Of a DNA stretch of 64,000 nucleotides, positions 41,801 to 59,664 are shown piece by piece. The position numbers were made by a program, and so were the translations under genes. The first letter of the stretch is position 1. Every line of letters begins with the position of its first letter. The DNA is from the human T2T-CHM13v2.0 reference genome, Homo sapiens. Below the pieces are notes generated by a model. That model did not search any database. It saw only the letters and a program-made list of their open reading frames with translations, and was not told the origin of the DNA. Location: NCBI RefSeq assembly GCF_009914755.1, contig NC_060926.1; one strand, given 5' to 3'.

Positions 41801-44251
41801 GGTCAGAGGACCATTATTTTTAGCATAAGAATTAAAATCTACAAATAACTACTCTGTAAGCATTAAATTCACAGGCCCTGAAAGCAAAATATAGGGTTCA
41901 AATACTGTTTCCACCACCTAATAGTTGTGATATTGTGGCTTAGATATTTAATGACTTTATTTCTTTGTTTATAAAATTGAATACTAATATTAGTGAATCA
42001 TATTGATATCTTACAGATTACGTGAGTTAATATGTGAAATCACTTAAATAATATTTGGCACAATTTATTAGTATTAGTACTGCCATGTGGCTGTTAACTA
42101 TTTACATGAATTACATCAATAAAAAATTACAAAGAAGGCAAACACATAGTAAGATACATGGAAAGTAGTGAATAAATAGAATCATTATATTTCAAAACTG
42201 AAAGTTGATGAATATTCAATAATGAAATAAAGTATGTTTCTTATTATCTAACATCTAAACAAGAATATTTCACTAATTATGCTTAATCACGAAAAATTCA
42301 TTTGTTTCTTTTGTAACTACCAGTATGTGAATATATTGCCAAAGGTATAAATTAAAATAGGCTTCTAAAAAAATAGGCATCTTATTCACTGAAAAGAATC
42401 AAGACAGTACAATTGATTTCAAACTAATAATTAACATTTGTCAGAAGGATAATTAATCCTTATGTTAATATTTCCTCTGTTCTGCTGAACATTAGTACTA
42501 CATCTGATTTAGATATGTTCATATAGTAGTAGATATGCTTTCTATATCTCAATTTGACATTAAGAAAATTCTAAATTCTCAACATATTTTAACACATCTC
42601 TACCTTTTATAACACATCTCTACCTTTAATATACAGTGAATTCAAAATTTCAGCAAAATTGATATTGACATTTTTTCTCTTCAGTGGAAGTGAAAGATTT
42701 TTTTCCCCCAAATATCAACTCTATTTAAAGAAATGCTGTTAACTAAGAAAAAAAAATCGGGTAATGTTTTGATCATGGTGCTTTTATTAATTATAACATG
42801 CAGTAAATCATGTTTGTGTTTTTATTTATATTTTCAACATACAATGTAAATAAGAACACCTCCAGATATTCTTTTGGCAGGCACAAAAACTGTTTATTCG
42901 ACAGATGATATAGACAATAATGTATGGCTCATAATTAGGGAGAAAGCTGTAATTTAAGAAGTTCTGATGGTATTCAAACAGTTTGTGTGTAACTAAACTA
43001 CGGCTGTTACTGAATGGCAGCTTTAAAACATTTTAAACATGTGGACAAAAAATTGAATTTTTATTATTGTAAATGAAAAAGGAGATTTCTGGAGAAGCTA
43101 GACAACATACTGTAATCCAGGCTTGAGTGAGTTGAGGAATGGTGTCGTATAAATAGAAACCTGCTCTTCCACACATGGGCCAAATCTTTGCCTCAAGTCC
43201 TCATGCACAACACACTCTATAGGGAAGTATGGGGTAACTGAAGAGACAAGTATATCTGTATGGTACACATCCTGTGCAAAGATCATTACTGAGTGATACA
43301 CATATACATTCAATTTAATTGCTAGTCAGTATAACATGCATAAATCCTTAAGCTATTTCAATTCGTAATTGATATGGTGTGACTAAAATTTAAGCAGGTC
43401 TCCATACTTAAAAATAAAGACAATACATCACTTTCAATTATTTTGAGCCTTAATCATCATTTTGGGTTGTCTTTTTTATTGTCAATTAAGTTTATTACTG
43501 CACAATTGACCTTTCAGAAGTTCAGAAATACAAATACAGCTTTCTTTGGCCAATTTTGCAAAGTTACATTGCCACAACCCCAAGCGCTGAGTTTGTATTC
43601 CATGGTTGACCCAATTTTCTCAGACTAATACAGAAAGAAAGTTTACCATGTAGACTAAGCTCTTCTACAAATAAAGAAAAGTTCAATTTTCCTGATTTAA
43701 ATATTATGTAGAAATTTATATTTTCATAAATGGTGAAAATTAGAATACTGTAGAGCTAAATAATAATCTTCCATGTTTCCAAGTCATAAAAATTAAAATA
43801 TTAAAAATGACTGTTATTGAATCGACTTATCATTAATTTCCTTTAGACTTGAAGATATAATTAGAAATAGAATTTACTGAGAACTTACCAATTCCAAACA
43901 CTGTGCTATATGCTTTACATAAAATATCACATATAATTCTCATCACAATATTGTGAAGTAAAGGTTGCCACCATCTTCATTTTATATGTGAAGAAATAGA
44001 GGTTCATGATGTAAAATAAATACTTAGTTTTCATTTTTTTAACATACATAATCTAAAAAAGAGGAAAGATATCACGTGATAATATACAACATCATAATAT
44101 ACAACATCATACATTTTATTTGGATCTGGAAGTATTTTTATTCTGAGTATCTGAGGGTCAGGAAAGAATCAAAATGAGACATGTTTATCTTCACAAGTTT
44201 AGGCACATCCTAGAAATGCTGAATAATATATAATTTATGAAAAAAGTAAAG

Positions 44252-44254
<3 letters not shown>

Positions 44255-44286
<32 letters not shown>
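44255..44286 (+). repeat. (GT)n microsatellite
   Basis: Directly visible. Confidence 0.95.
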
Positions 44287-44289
<3 letters not shown>

Positions 44290-44949
44290 TATGTGATGAC
44301 TAAAGGAAAGAACAAGTTATTCAAAGGACAAAGACTAATCCAATCATTACTGCCAGGCATATAACACTTAAAGACATTTCTAGTCAAAAAAGTTTAGGTA
44401 TGAAGAAACTACATGATAATGAAAAATTTATCTACATTTTCCTCTGTTCATTCAACTCATGTTGTATTTAGTTATTTAAAAGTTATTTGCAGCTTGTAAA
44501 ACATTTCCAATTTACTTTCATAGTGTTTTTTTACCAGACAGAAAATGAAGAATGAGAAAAGAACAAAAAGGAAAGGAGAACAAATTAGTAGGACTAAGAA
44601 GATTAATTGCTGGTTTTCTTTTGAAACATTCGTCATATAGAAAATTCAATTCATTTTATTTGCTATATTTAGATATTAAATAGAAAATCACTTGTTATTA
44701 CAGAATCCTACATATAGTAGGAATTTAAAAAATATTTGCTATACATTGAGTGCCTAAGATGTATAATGTAATATTTTGGCTGTTTGGATGGTTATAATGA
44801 GAACAAGTTATATCTCTCAAAGTCTTTGAAAATCTAATTCTACTTCATCTACTTATGTCAATTAAAATAAAAAGTAAGCCTGCTGATTGACTCATGCACT
44901 ATCTTAGAATGAAAAAATATAGAGCAGTGGTGTTCAATGCAAATTATAC

Positions 44950-47900
44950 TGTGAATTTGTAAACTGTATATAGTCTAAAGAATGGCTTCACAAATGTAGG
45001 ACAAGGTATGTGGGAGAAATAAAGGTACCTACATTGTTAAATATAAAAGAGACAAAACAAACTTTTTGTTTTAGTAACTCCTACTAGAGTTGATTCATAT
45101 CAGAGTTAAAAGACAACTTCATAAAACAATAATTATAAAACCATGTTAATGGGTTTATAATGTGTAATGGTGTCATTTGTATGACAATAATAGAACAAAA
45201 AAGAGCAGGGAATAGTGATACATTGAAGCAATGTTTTTATATACTATTGAAATTAAGTTGATTTTCATTCAAACTACAATGTTTTAAGTTAAGATGTTAT
45301 TTTTATTCTCAAGAGCAATCTAAGAAGATTTTTTTTAATAATAAGGGGTTAATCAGTAAGGCATACCAATTTAAACATGTATGCCCCTAACAACAAAGCT
45401 CAATAACACATAAAGCGCAAATCAAATTGATGGGAGAAATAGAAAATTCAATAATAATTGTTGGAGACTTCAATATTATATTTTTAATACTTAAGGTAAC
45501 ATGGGGTAGAAGATCAACACACAAATATAAGACTAAAAAACTCTATAGACAAAATAGACCTAATAGATATCTATAGAACACTTCACCTCACAACAGTAGA
45601 ATGCAAGTGCACATAAAACAGTCTTGAAGATAGACCATACATTAGACCATAAAACAAATTTGAAAAAACTTAAGAGTTGAAATCATACACAATTTGTTTT
45701 CCAACAACATGGTATAAAATTAGAAATCAATAACTGAAGGAAATTTTAGAATTTCAAAAATCTGTGGAAGTTAAACAGCACACTCCTCTGTAACCAAGGG
45801 TCCAGGATGGAATCATAAGGCAAATTTAAAAGTAGTTTGAGGTGAAAGTAAACAAAAATGCAGCATATCAAGTTATGGAATACAGCAAAGGCAGTGCTTA
45901 AGAGAGAAATGTGTAGCTAAAACATCTATGTTTAACAAAAATTAAGTTAAATTAATAACCTAATCTCTCATGTTAAGAATTAGAAAAGGAAAAGTGAACT
46001 TAACCCAAAGAAAGCAGAGAGACAAGAATAGTAAAGCCTAGAATGGAAATTAATAAAATAAAGAATAGAAAAGTAATAATGTAAATCTACTAAGCCAATA
46101 ATAGGTTCTTTGATATTTTAACACCATTGACAATTTTTTCACTAGGGAAACCAAGAAAAATAAGTAAAACTGAAATTACTAAAACCTGGGAAGAAAGTAG
46201 AGACATCATGAATAATTTTACAGAAATAAAAAGAATTAGAAGGAAACACTGTGTAAAATTTTGTGTCCTAACACCTTAGATAACCCAAATGAAAAAAAAA
46301 AAAAAAAACAAAGAGAAACATACTTCTGAAACATAAATGAAAAGACATGGAAAATCTAAATACACTTAAAAGGTTTTAGTTAGTAATTTTAAAACATCCA
46401 ACAAAGAAACTTACAGGCCCAGATGTCCTTAATGTTGAATTCTATCAAACGTTTAAAGACTTAACAGCAATACTTTATGAACTCTTCTAAAAAATAGAAA
46501 AGGGAACATTTCCCAACTCATTCTACGAGACCAGTGCTATCTTCATAACAAAACCAGAGTACAAGAAAAGAAAACTACAGAGTCTATCTATTAGTGATAT
46601 TGACTCAAAAAGAGCAATTACAGCAAACTTACTGCTGACATCATACTTAACAATAAAAGACTAAATGCTTTCCCCTAAGATCAGGAAGGAAACAAAGATA
46701 TCTATTATCCCCACTCTCATTCAACAAAGAGTACTGGCAAGCATAATATTGCAAAAATGACAATAATTTTAAAAAGACGTAGAGATTGAAAATGAAGAAA
46801 TGTAACTGTCTTTATTTGCAGATGACATTATTGTCTATGTAGAAAATTCTAAAGACCAATTTTAAGAAAATTCCTAGAACCAATTAATCATTTCAGCAAG
46901 GTTACAGGATATAAGATCAATATTCAAAAATAATTACATTTCTACATCCTAACAATGAACATGGATGGAAACCAAAACAATGAATATTTGGTAGAAATCA
47001 ATATTAAAGACATAGTACCCTTTGCAAGTGCTCCAAAGAAAATGAAATTATCATTTATAAATTTTGCAAAGCATGCATAGGATCTGTATGCTGAAAGTTA
47101 TAAAATGCTAATGAAAGAGATCAAAGAAGATCTAAATAATTGATGAGATATTCTGTATCCATGGATTGGAAGAGTCAACATAATAAAGATGACAGTTCTC
47201 CCTAAATCTGTAAGTTTAAGACAATTTCTATTAAAAATCTTGTCAGCTTTGTATATTTTTATTTATTTATTATTAGCTGGTTACTTGAAGCTTTTTATAG
47301 ATGTAGACAAGTCTAGTCTAAAATTTATATGCAATGCCAAAGATGTACACCAGCAAAAACTATTCTATATTGTATGAAAAGAAATAATGTGAAAAAATCA
47401 CTCTACTTGACATTGAGGCTTACTATATAGGTACAATATTCAAGACAGTGTGGTACTGGAGGAGGAATAGATAAAAAGATCAACAGAACAGAAGAGAGAA
47501 CCAAGATGGAGACCCATACAAAAGTGTCCCAGTGATTTTTTTCAAAGGTGAAAAAGCAATTCAACAGAGGAAGGTACCCTTTTCAAGAAATGGTACAGGA
47601 GCAATACCATTAGATAATACAGGAAGATACCCTTTTTAAGAAATGGTATGGGAGACACTCATCAGCAGAAGAAGAGACCTTGACCTAAACTTCACACCTC
47701 ATACAAAAATGTGCTAAAAATGAATCACAGACTTAAATGTGAGACATAAAACCATAAACTATTAGAAAAATAGGAGAAAATTATTGGAACCTAGGGATAG
47801 GCAAACAGTTCTTGGACTTGATACCAAAAATATAGTTCATTAAAAAATTAAGTTGAACCTTATCAGGACTGGAAAGACCTGCTCCAAGAAAGATCCTGTT

Positions 47901-48850
47901 AAAAACATGAAAATACAGCCTACACAGTGAGATAAAATATTTTCAGACCACACATTTAAGAAATGTCTTCTAGCTAGAATATATAAATAATCCTCAAATC
48001 TCAGCATTAGTAAGACAAATAATCCAAATAGCCAATGGGCAAAAACCCTAAAGAGATATTTCACTGAGGAGAATATACAGATTTTAGATAAGCACTATTT
48101 ATATTTAGTAAAAAATAATAATTAACATGTTTAGCATTGTTAGCCATTAGGAAAATGTGAATTAAAACAAAAATGAGATATTATTACACACTTATTAGAA
48201 CAGTTAAAAAAAATCATGATAATATCAAATGCTGTTGAGGTGAAGAAAAATTGGATCACTTATATTTTGCTCGTTAGAATGTTAAGTGGCATATCCACTC
48301 TGTAAATTAGCTTGGCAGTTTCCTTTAAAACCAAAAACGTGCTTACAATAGAACCCAGCAATTGGACTCTTGGAAATTTATACTGGAGAAATGAAAACAT
48401 ATGTTAATGCAAAAATATGCACACAAATATTCATAGTAGCTATATTCATAATAGAAACTGAAAAGAAGCCACACGTCTTTCAATAGATGAATGGTTAAAC
48501 AAACTGTGGTACATCCATACCGTAAAATAGTACCCCTAAATATGAAGAAACAAATCAGTAATACTTACAGACACTTGGATGAATCTCAAGGGGATTATGT
48601 TGAGTGAAAAAAGCGTGTCTCAAGAGGTTACACACTGTGTATCTCAATTTACACAACATTTGTGAAATAACACATTTTACAGATATAAAGAACAGATTGG
48701 TGGTTGCCAGGAGTTGAAGACTGGGAATCAAGAAATTGCTGTGAAGGGGTAACTTGAGAGTACTTCATGGTGATGAAAGAGTTCTGTATTTTAATTGTTG
48801 TGGTTATATAATGCTATAATGCCTTATCATGTAATGAAATGGCATAGAAC

Positions 48851-48892
<42 letters not shown>

Positions 48893-49065
48893 AGCATGTG
48901 TAATTATGAAATATGAATAGGTTCTGTGTATCGTACCAATGTCAATTTCCTGTTTTGTTATTGTGCTATAGTTATGCAAGATAGCAACATTAGAGGAAGG
49001 GAAGTGAAGGTGCGTCAGATCCCCCTGTGTATTTCTTGGCAACTTCTGCTTTATAAAAGTTTTTT
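44950..49065 (+). mobile_element. L1MC/L1MD ~4 kb fragment (ORF2 + 3'UTR), includes (CA)n at 48855-48889
   Basis: ORF2 motifs (gttggagacttcaat, tttatttgcagatgacatt, catggattggaagagtcaa); 3'UTR accaatgtcaatttcctg. Confidence 0.85.
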
Positions 49066-49229
49066 TGAGAGCTAGCCATAAACATGCAAAACTTATCACT
49101 TCCTATTCATTTTACTTTTATCCATACTTTTCAGTTTATGTCTATTGTATCTAAATATGAAAAAATACTATAAAATGGCATATTTTGTTCTAATTCTGCA
49201 TTCCTTAACATTACATTGACAGCTTAAAA

Positions 49230-49592
49230 TAAGCCATGGTAGAAGTATTTATACCATGGAAATCGACAAACACTACAAAACAGGACTTGACTTATTGTTT
49301 TATTGATTTTTTAGACATAAAAAAGAGAATATTAATAATTTAGATAAAACTTTTAAGTGTGTCATGGCTGTAGCTGCTACACTGTGAATAACATTTTGTA
49401 AATGGGGAAATATTCTTTCAGTATTCAAAACTATTATCTGTTTCATCAAAATGTCACTCACATCATTGAGGAACAAGTTAATATTTTTGTTGTTGTATTT
49501 ACATCTGGCACATTACTGTAAATAAATAATCAGCCAACATTCATGTCCGAAGTATACTCAGATTACTAGTCGTTAAACGTCTACCAGCACAT
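49230..49592. mobile_element. MER63-family (hAT-Blackjack) fragment
   Basis: atttataccatggaaatcgacaaacactacaaa; terminal taccagcaca. Confidence 0.6.
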
Positions 49593-50650
49593 CCCAACTT
49601 AGATTGATTATGTGGTCCTGGTTCTGGAAGAACTCACAAGTGGACAGATATAGGTGAAGAAACTGAGGAACCTGATTTCACTGTTAAAATGTAAACTTCT
49701 GCAGCTACAGAGCATGCTAGGAATTCCATAGCTAATAAGATGGGAGTAGATTGAGCCATGTATAGAATTGTGGGCAACTCATGACTTAGGCAAACTCCAT
49801 GTGTTTTAGGTAGTGTGTCCACACATGTAGTTGTCCATCTAAATCTCAACAATAATTTGTTGCAGTTCCCACACACTGAAATCATATTGGAACTACTTAA
49901 AATTCTCTGGAATTTCTAATGGTGGTTCTTTTTGGTCAGATAATATAGACATAATTTTTCAGGTCATAAATCTCTGTTAAGAGATTCAACAAAAAGTAGC
50001 TGATTGACCAAAAAGTATTCTGTCATGAAGGAGCATTCTTAGCCTACCTCCCAATGGACCCCAGTAGACTTCCGACTTGGATTTGCAGCAGGCAGTCACT
50101 GATTTGTCTTTATCAGGGTTCCCAAGGTTAGGACTTGTGTTTCTATCCTCTGGGTTCCAGGTAGGCAGGAATGTGTGTACAAGGAGTTCTTGTGAAGGAT
50201 TCCGTTGAAGCAAGTCGCTGTGCCTTCCCTGTTAAAGCTGCTTTGGCAATAATAGAAGGACATTTTTACCTCTTACTGACTTGGGGTTTCAGGGGAATTG
50301 TGAATTTCTGAGAACTCCAAAGAATTAAATAATGATACATCTATAGAGTTAGAAGTAGCAGATTTTGGTTGTACAATGCTAACAAGAATAGGAGCTCACA
50401 GCAGTAGAGGATAGCATTAACATTATTCTAGATTGGGGAATAAATAGTAGCTCAGTGTGCTTATCACTACCTAATCTCATTGGTGCTGGTGGGACACAGA
50501 CAATGATTCAGAGAAGAGTGAATAATTAAACCTGACAGCATATAGAACTTCAGGGAGAAGAAGTCCAAGTTGCTTTTAGCATCCATAATTAAGTGATTTC
50601 AGGTCCTATTTATTCAGTGAGGTCACTGTAGTGTAAAAATACTCTAGTAA

Positions 50651-50815
50651 CTGTAGTCCCAGCTACTCAGGAGGCTGAGGCAGGAGAATCACTTGAACCC
50701 AGAAGGCAGAGGTTGCAGTGAGTCGAGATAGAGCCACTGCACCCCTGCCTGGGGAACAGAGGGAGACTCCATTTCAAACAAACAAACAAACAAACAAACA
50801 AACAAACAAACAAAC
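50651..50815 (+). mobile_element. 5'-truncated Alu (right arm) with (CAAA)n tail
   Basis: ctgtagtcccagctactc start; CTAGTAA flanks. Confidence 0.9.
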
Positions 50816-51611
50816 CCTAGTAAAAACTTGTAAATTCTCCCAGCATTCTCTCAATCCCTCAAATTTCTCCATCTATTGGTGACCTTCATATCGTCTTCAG
50901 TGTATGTGTGCTCTCCATTCACTTATAAGCACCGTTGTTTTGATTATAAGTATTTCTTGCCTGGGTTAAGGTAGTAGAGTCCTACTTTCTCTGTTCTCAG
51001 TCTCATACCCTCCTAATCCATACTTCACAACATTGCCAATACACCAAACTCCAAAGATGTCCCTTAATGAATCATGCCTGTTGGTGCTTAGGGCCACGTG
51101 TATTCCCTTCCCACATAGAATATGTCCTGGGCCTGTAACTTGCTGGGATCAACAGAATGCAGCAGAAGTGACATTGTGTAACTTTCCAAAGCTTCATTTT
51201 AAGAAATCTGCAGCTTCCACTTTTACCACTTTGAATGTTACTCCTTGAAGCCAGCTACCACACTATGTAGACCAAACCAGCCACATGTAGAGTTCTACAT
51301 GGAGGAGAACCAAAGCCCCAGCCAACAGATCAAACTGAGTTTATAGCCAGCACCATCTCTGCTGTTAGGTAAGTGAGAACATTTTAGACTTTTAAGCTCC
51401 CCCAGCACTTCAGATCATATCATATTAAGCAGAGGATTACCTATTCAACTGACACAGTTGTGAAAAATAATAAATTGTTTCTGTTTTAAGGCACGAAGTT
51501 CTACGATCATAAGTCAGTTACAAACAACTGACTTTTTTTTTTTTAAAAAAAAACAACTCATACCTAGAAGTGAGGTGTTGATGTGACTAAAACTTAAAAT
51601 ATCTGCCATTG

Positions 51612-52087
51612 CACTTTGCAGCTCCACCCTGAAGTTCCACATGAAGACACTTGGGTGAGTCAGATGGGAATATTGTTCTTGTATACCTCATTGCTTTAGC
51701 TGGTCACTTGGAAGCTTGGAGCAGAATCCTTCACATTAAAGGATGGGATTGGGGGGGGGATGAATTTATTTTCTTACTACGTGTGCAGACTGGAGCCCCT
51801 ACTGCTATTGTCACCTCACCCACAGATTGTATTTATGTTTATATGTATGTACATAGAAAGTTTTGTGACTTCATCTGTCCTTTCCACAGCATAGGACTTT
51901 GAATAACAATGATAGGGAAAACAATGGAATGAGGGTAGATTTGCACAGACTGGAGCACATTCTTGCACAAACTAACCACGTATCCTGGTGAATTCTAGAT
52001 GGGTTTGAGATATTGTCAATGAATCATATGATACCTGGCTATTTCAGGTTTCTGTAAAAGAAGGGGAAATCTAAAATAAATGCCCTT

Positions 52088-52155
<68 letters not shown>

Positions 52156-53173
52156 TTTTTAACAAGAAAACAAGAATGTGAAGAACTGGAAATTATTAAG
52201 AAAGGGTTTCCCTTCCTTTAAGCTCAGAGGTACTATTGGTTAGGAGTTGACTAAGTCAGCCTGTAAAACACAACTCCCCTTTCCAAAGTTGTGCATATAA
52301 TATTGCAGGTTAAATTACTTTATGTCAGGTCCTATAAAAAAAGATGTGGTTTCAGACTGAAAGCATGTTTCACAGGTGTTTGCTTCCTTTCAAGGCAGAG
52401 TTCCCCATTCCCCTGGTGCAAACAATGCTATGTATATTTTGAAATATGGCTGAGAACATGTCATTGGTTTCTGAGGCCCAAGGTGAAGGACTCCTGGAAG
52501 CCACACTGTGTAGTGTATTTGAGGGATCAGTCGTCCCTCTTGTATGTGGGCCTGGTTGCCCTACCTCAAACAACATGAGTTTTTCACACAAGGAGAGATG
52601 GGGGGTGGTGCTGGGAGTCCTCTCCCTCTCCTATTGCATCCCCTTTCTTACTATAAGGTGCTCCAATCCACCAGCAGCCAACCTCCTGGGTTTGAAAAAT
52701 TTCAACTTATCTTTATCCTTATTCCTGACATTGGCTGACTTGCTACTGAGCTTGCTTTAAAAATCTACACTCCTGCATTCTTAGGTATACCAGGGAAATG
52801 TTGAATAGGAGGGTGGAAAAACCAAGAATTTTGTTTGCCAATTATTGTATCTGATTCTTATAAGTTTGAGTTACACAGGGCTAATTTATACCCTTTTTTC
52901 TTGGGTTTTGGGGGTGGTGGAAGGTGGGAAATTTGGGTGATTCCTTGACTGTCAATGAGGATAAAATGTTAATACCTTTTTTGGGCTTAACAACTTTATC
53001 CTATTCTACAGTAGAGGAACAATTGGTACTCACCTCAGTGCTGCACTCAACTACGAAAAATGCAGAGTTTTCTTGCCCAGTGGCCAAACTAAAGACATCA
53101 GTTTATTGGTCATATATTTGTTACCTGGAATGGAACTTGAAAGCAAATACATTTGATTTAAGAAGTATATATG
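51612..53173 (+). pseudogene. Candidate 5'-truncated retrocopy of an mRNA 3' end (parent unidentified)
   Basis: Direct repeat TATCTGCCATTG (51600-51611 / 53174-53185); left site TT|AAAA; host MLT1-int resumes afterwards; insert resembles no repeat I recognise. Confidence 0.65.
52090..52160 (+). repeat. (TA)n followed by poly(T)
   Basis: About 28 TA units. Confidence 0.97.
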
Positions 53174-54888
53174 TATCTGCCATTGGCTTTAGGACCAGAG
53201 ATTAGGTGGAGATAGAAGGGCTTTTTTAAGAAATATATTAATGAGAATTGAAAAGATAATGAGTGCTTTGATATTGGAGGCCTGAGAAAAGTTGACTCAT
53301 GTTAGTGACAAGAGGTAACATGAAAGACAGAAAAAAAATCTAATAAACTTGTAGATTTAGCTAAGATTTCCAGACCAACGGTAAAAAGTGACAAGTATTT
53401 TTATTTTTTTTCTCCTATGATAAAAATCAGATCTAAAGAGATGAAATAAAGAGCTTTGTTCAATTTTCAATTAGAATATAGAGAAAACATTTTCAACCAG
53501 GATTTCCAGAGTTGGGAAAAAAGACAATTTCTCAATTATAAACCTCTTTATCCTGCAAAAGATTCTCAAATGAAAATACAATCTGAGGGAAAAGATCAAA
53601 TCCTTCCATTAAACATGGCTTCAGACTCAATATCAGATGAAAAGTGCAGATGTAGGATCTTCAGTTCAGATTTTGTAGGACTTCTTAACCAGACAACATT
53701 GCTTCTGAAAATCTTAACAGTATTTTTTCCTGGCCCTGTAACTCTCTGCCCAATATGAAATGAGACTTTTGTGAGTATCACTTTTTTCTAGTAAATTATA
53801 AAATTTGATACAGAGAAAATCTGCAATTTTAAAAGAGTTGTATCTATTGGCCTTAAAAAGATGAAGGCAGTTCAAAGTGAAGAGAGATCTATAGGTTCCC
53901 AAATGACTGGGGTATAGCAGCTTCCAAGATGTCTCCCAATGATACCCATTTCCTGGTACTTATTTCCTTGTGTAATTTCCTCCCCTTGAGTATAAGCTGA
54001 ACATACTGATTTGCTTCTAATAATAGATTATGGCAAAAGTGATGGGATGCTGCTGCCAAGATTAGGCTCCATAAAAACTCTAGCTTTTCTCTTGTTTGCC
54101 CTCTCTTGTGCTCTCACTTCCTCAGTTTAATGGAAGTTAGGTGCAATATTGATATCTGCCCTTTGGAGAGAATCATGTGGCAAGGAACTAATAGAGGTCT
54201 CCATTCAACAGCCAAGAAATGAAGATCCTTAGTCTAATGGTTCATGTGAAACTGAATTCTTTCAACAACCGATTAAGTGGAGTTGGAAGAAGCTCCAGCC
54301 TTGTTTGAGCCTTGAGATGACTGCCAACACATTGATTGGCCCATTGATTCCAGCCTTACAAGCAACCATGACTTAGAGAACCCAGTTAAGTTACTGAATC
54401 TGAGCCACAGAAACAATGGTATTATAAATCTTATTCTCTTAAACCTCTATGTTTTCAGGTAATTCATAACACAGCCATAGATAACTAATTTAGCAAGAAG
54501 CAGGTTGAGAAAGCTACTCAGCTTCAAGAATGTTCTATTTCTCATGTAAAAGAAATAAAGACTCAAAATATAGAAATATAGAATCAAGAGCATAGAAGTG
54601 AAACAAGGACCTTCAGAGAACCACTCCAAAGGAGTAAAACTGAGTCCTAATCAAGGAACTGGTCACATGTGCCAGTTGGATTTCAGAATTGTTATGGACC
54701 ACTGATTGCTATGCACCTTCCATACTTTTTCTCTCCTTTTGAATGGGAATCTCTATTGTGGTTTTCTGTCCCTGTCTTTCACCATATTATTGGGTACATT
54801 TCTCTTTAATATACTGTATTAGATCATTCTTGCATCACTATAAAGAAATACCTGAGGCTGGGTAATTTATAAAGCTTAATTGGCTCTT

Positions 54889-57131
<2,243 letters not shown>

Positions 57132-57338
57132 TAATTTAAATGAAATATACAGGATGAGAAATGGAACAGAGTGTTGGGGAAAGAGCATCCCAAACAAATG
57201 GCAGAGTGCATGTGGTGCAGAAGGGCTTCACATGGAAATGTGCTTTATGCATTTGAGAAACATTTAATAACCAAGATTTCCTATTTGAAAGTTCAAAAAC
57301 TTTGTCCTACACTAACCATTCAATGAAAAGGCCTTATA

Positions 57339-58311
<973 letters not shown>

Positions 58312-58876
58312 CATTAAAATATTAGTTTGTTGAGATATTATCAGTAATACACTCATACTACTAATATTCAATTCAGTTTCAGGCCCATGACTTTTATTGT
58401 AAGCTTTAAATGTATCTTTTTCTACCTTTAATTTTCAGAAATATTATCCCATTAACACACAATAAAAACAATCAAATACTTTTATTTGGAAAAACTATAT
58501 GACTTTTTTTTTTAACCTTAGTTTTTTAATAGCTTCCTAAATGTTATTTGGGGCTATTGAAAAATTCTCTGAAATTATAATACAAAAAGTTAACATTAGG
58601 TGTCAGTATTTTACATATTATTTAATAAGTGTGTGTCAATGAAAAATGTATTGCATTATTGCAGACAGCATCTTCACTGGAAAATTTCAACTCTTATTAT
58701 ACTGTTTTCTCTGCCATTTTTTGTTTTCTGTGTTAATGAATTATTTTAATGACATCTACAAAACAAATTTTTAGAAATCATTTTTTAGGTGTCTTCTGTT
58801 ATGTTTTTTCCATATGTCTGTGAGTAGGGATATTTAACATACTGCAACACAGTCTCAAGAAATGAGTGTTTTAATA

Positions 58877-59130
58877 CAGATGTCAGTAAACCTTTTCTGT
58901 AAAGGAACAGAGAATAAATAATTTAGGTTTTGTGGATGATAAAGTCTGAGACAACTACACAACTCTGACATTATAGTGTGAAAGATACCATAGACAATAC
59001 AGGAATGAATGAGCATGGCGGAATTCCAAAAATACAAAATTGAGAAAAAAAATTGAATCTTATATAATTTTCACGTGTCATAATATTTTTTTTTCATTTT
59101 TTAGTCATTTGAAGGTGTAAAAACCATCTT
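58877..59130 (+). mobile_element. MER58B (opposite orientation to the upstream copy)
   Basis: cagatgtcagtaaaccttttctgtaaagg...ccatagacaatac...aattttcacgtgtca. Confidence 0.82.
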
Positions 59131-59629
59131 GGACAAGTGTCTTCTAAAAGTTCTTTATTGTGATCTAAATAAAGTTTCAAAATAGAGACCATTTAGTGGC
59201 AAAGTAGTTTTGTTGTGGAGAATACTAGGGAAGCATTGTAAGGACGTGGAAAGGATATGGAGTTTGAACTTCCGCTCCAGGACTTGATAGCTTTGTGATT
59301 TGGAGCAATTTCCTTAATCTTATCTATGCCTTACTTTTCTAACTTGTATTATTGTAGGTGGGGCAAGGAATCATCTAGTTTCTACTCTTCAGCGTTGCTG
59401 TGAAGATTAAATATTCTAACACTGTTTTTCATAAATCACTTGTCAAAGTAATTGGCTCAATAGATGCCCCACAAATGTTGGCACTCTCTCCTGTCATTTC
59501 TAATGTTTCTTTTATCTTTATTTTGATTAAATGGGTTAATATAACATATGAAAAAGCTCCAATACAGACCTTTAAAAAGATTTCTTATCTCTAATCATTT
59601 AATCACAGAAAATCTTATAATTCCTTGTG

Positions 59630-59633
<4 letters not shown>

Positions 59634-59662
<29 letters not shown>
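59634..59662 (+). repeat. (TG)n microsatellite
   Basis: Directly visible. Confidence 0.95.

Positions 59663-59664
<2 letters not shown>

Larger units (their letters stand above)
51040..54810 (+). mobile_element. MLT1 (G/H-like) LTR ~51040-51530 plus MLT1-int, interrupted by a retrocopy and an MLT1E/F LTR (~53905-54490)
   Basis: MLT1 LTR motifs (aacagaatgcagcagaagtgac; aataaattgtt..tgttttaag); internal start tacctagaagtgaggtgttg. Confidence 0.7.

Noticed and set aside
42591-44113. Short tandem duplications (42591-42627, 44079-44111; also 7438-7465, 30341-30375, ~47570-47655)
   Set aside because: Two-copy slippage duplications without spacers; ordinary, and not CRISPR-like.
44881-44897. TGACTCA as an NRF2 antioxidant response element
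   Set aside because: AP-1 heptamer only; spacing to GC does not fit TGACnnnGC, and one 7-mer is expected by chance.
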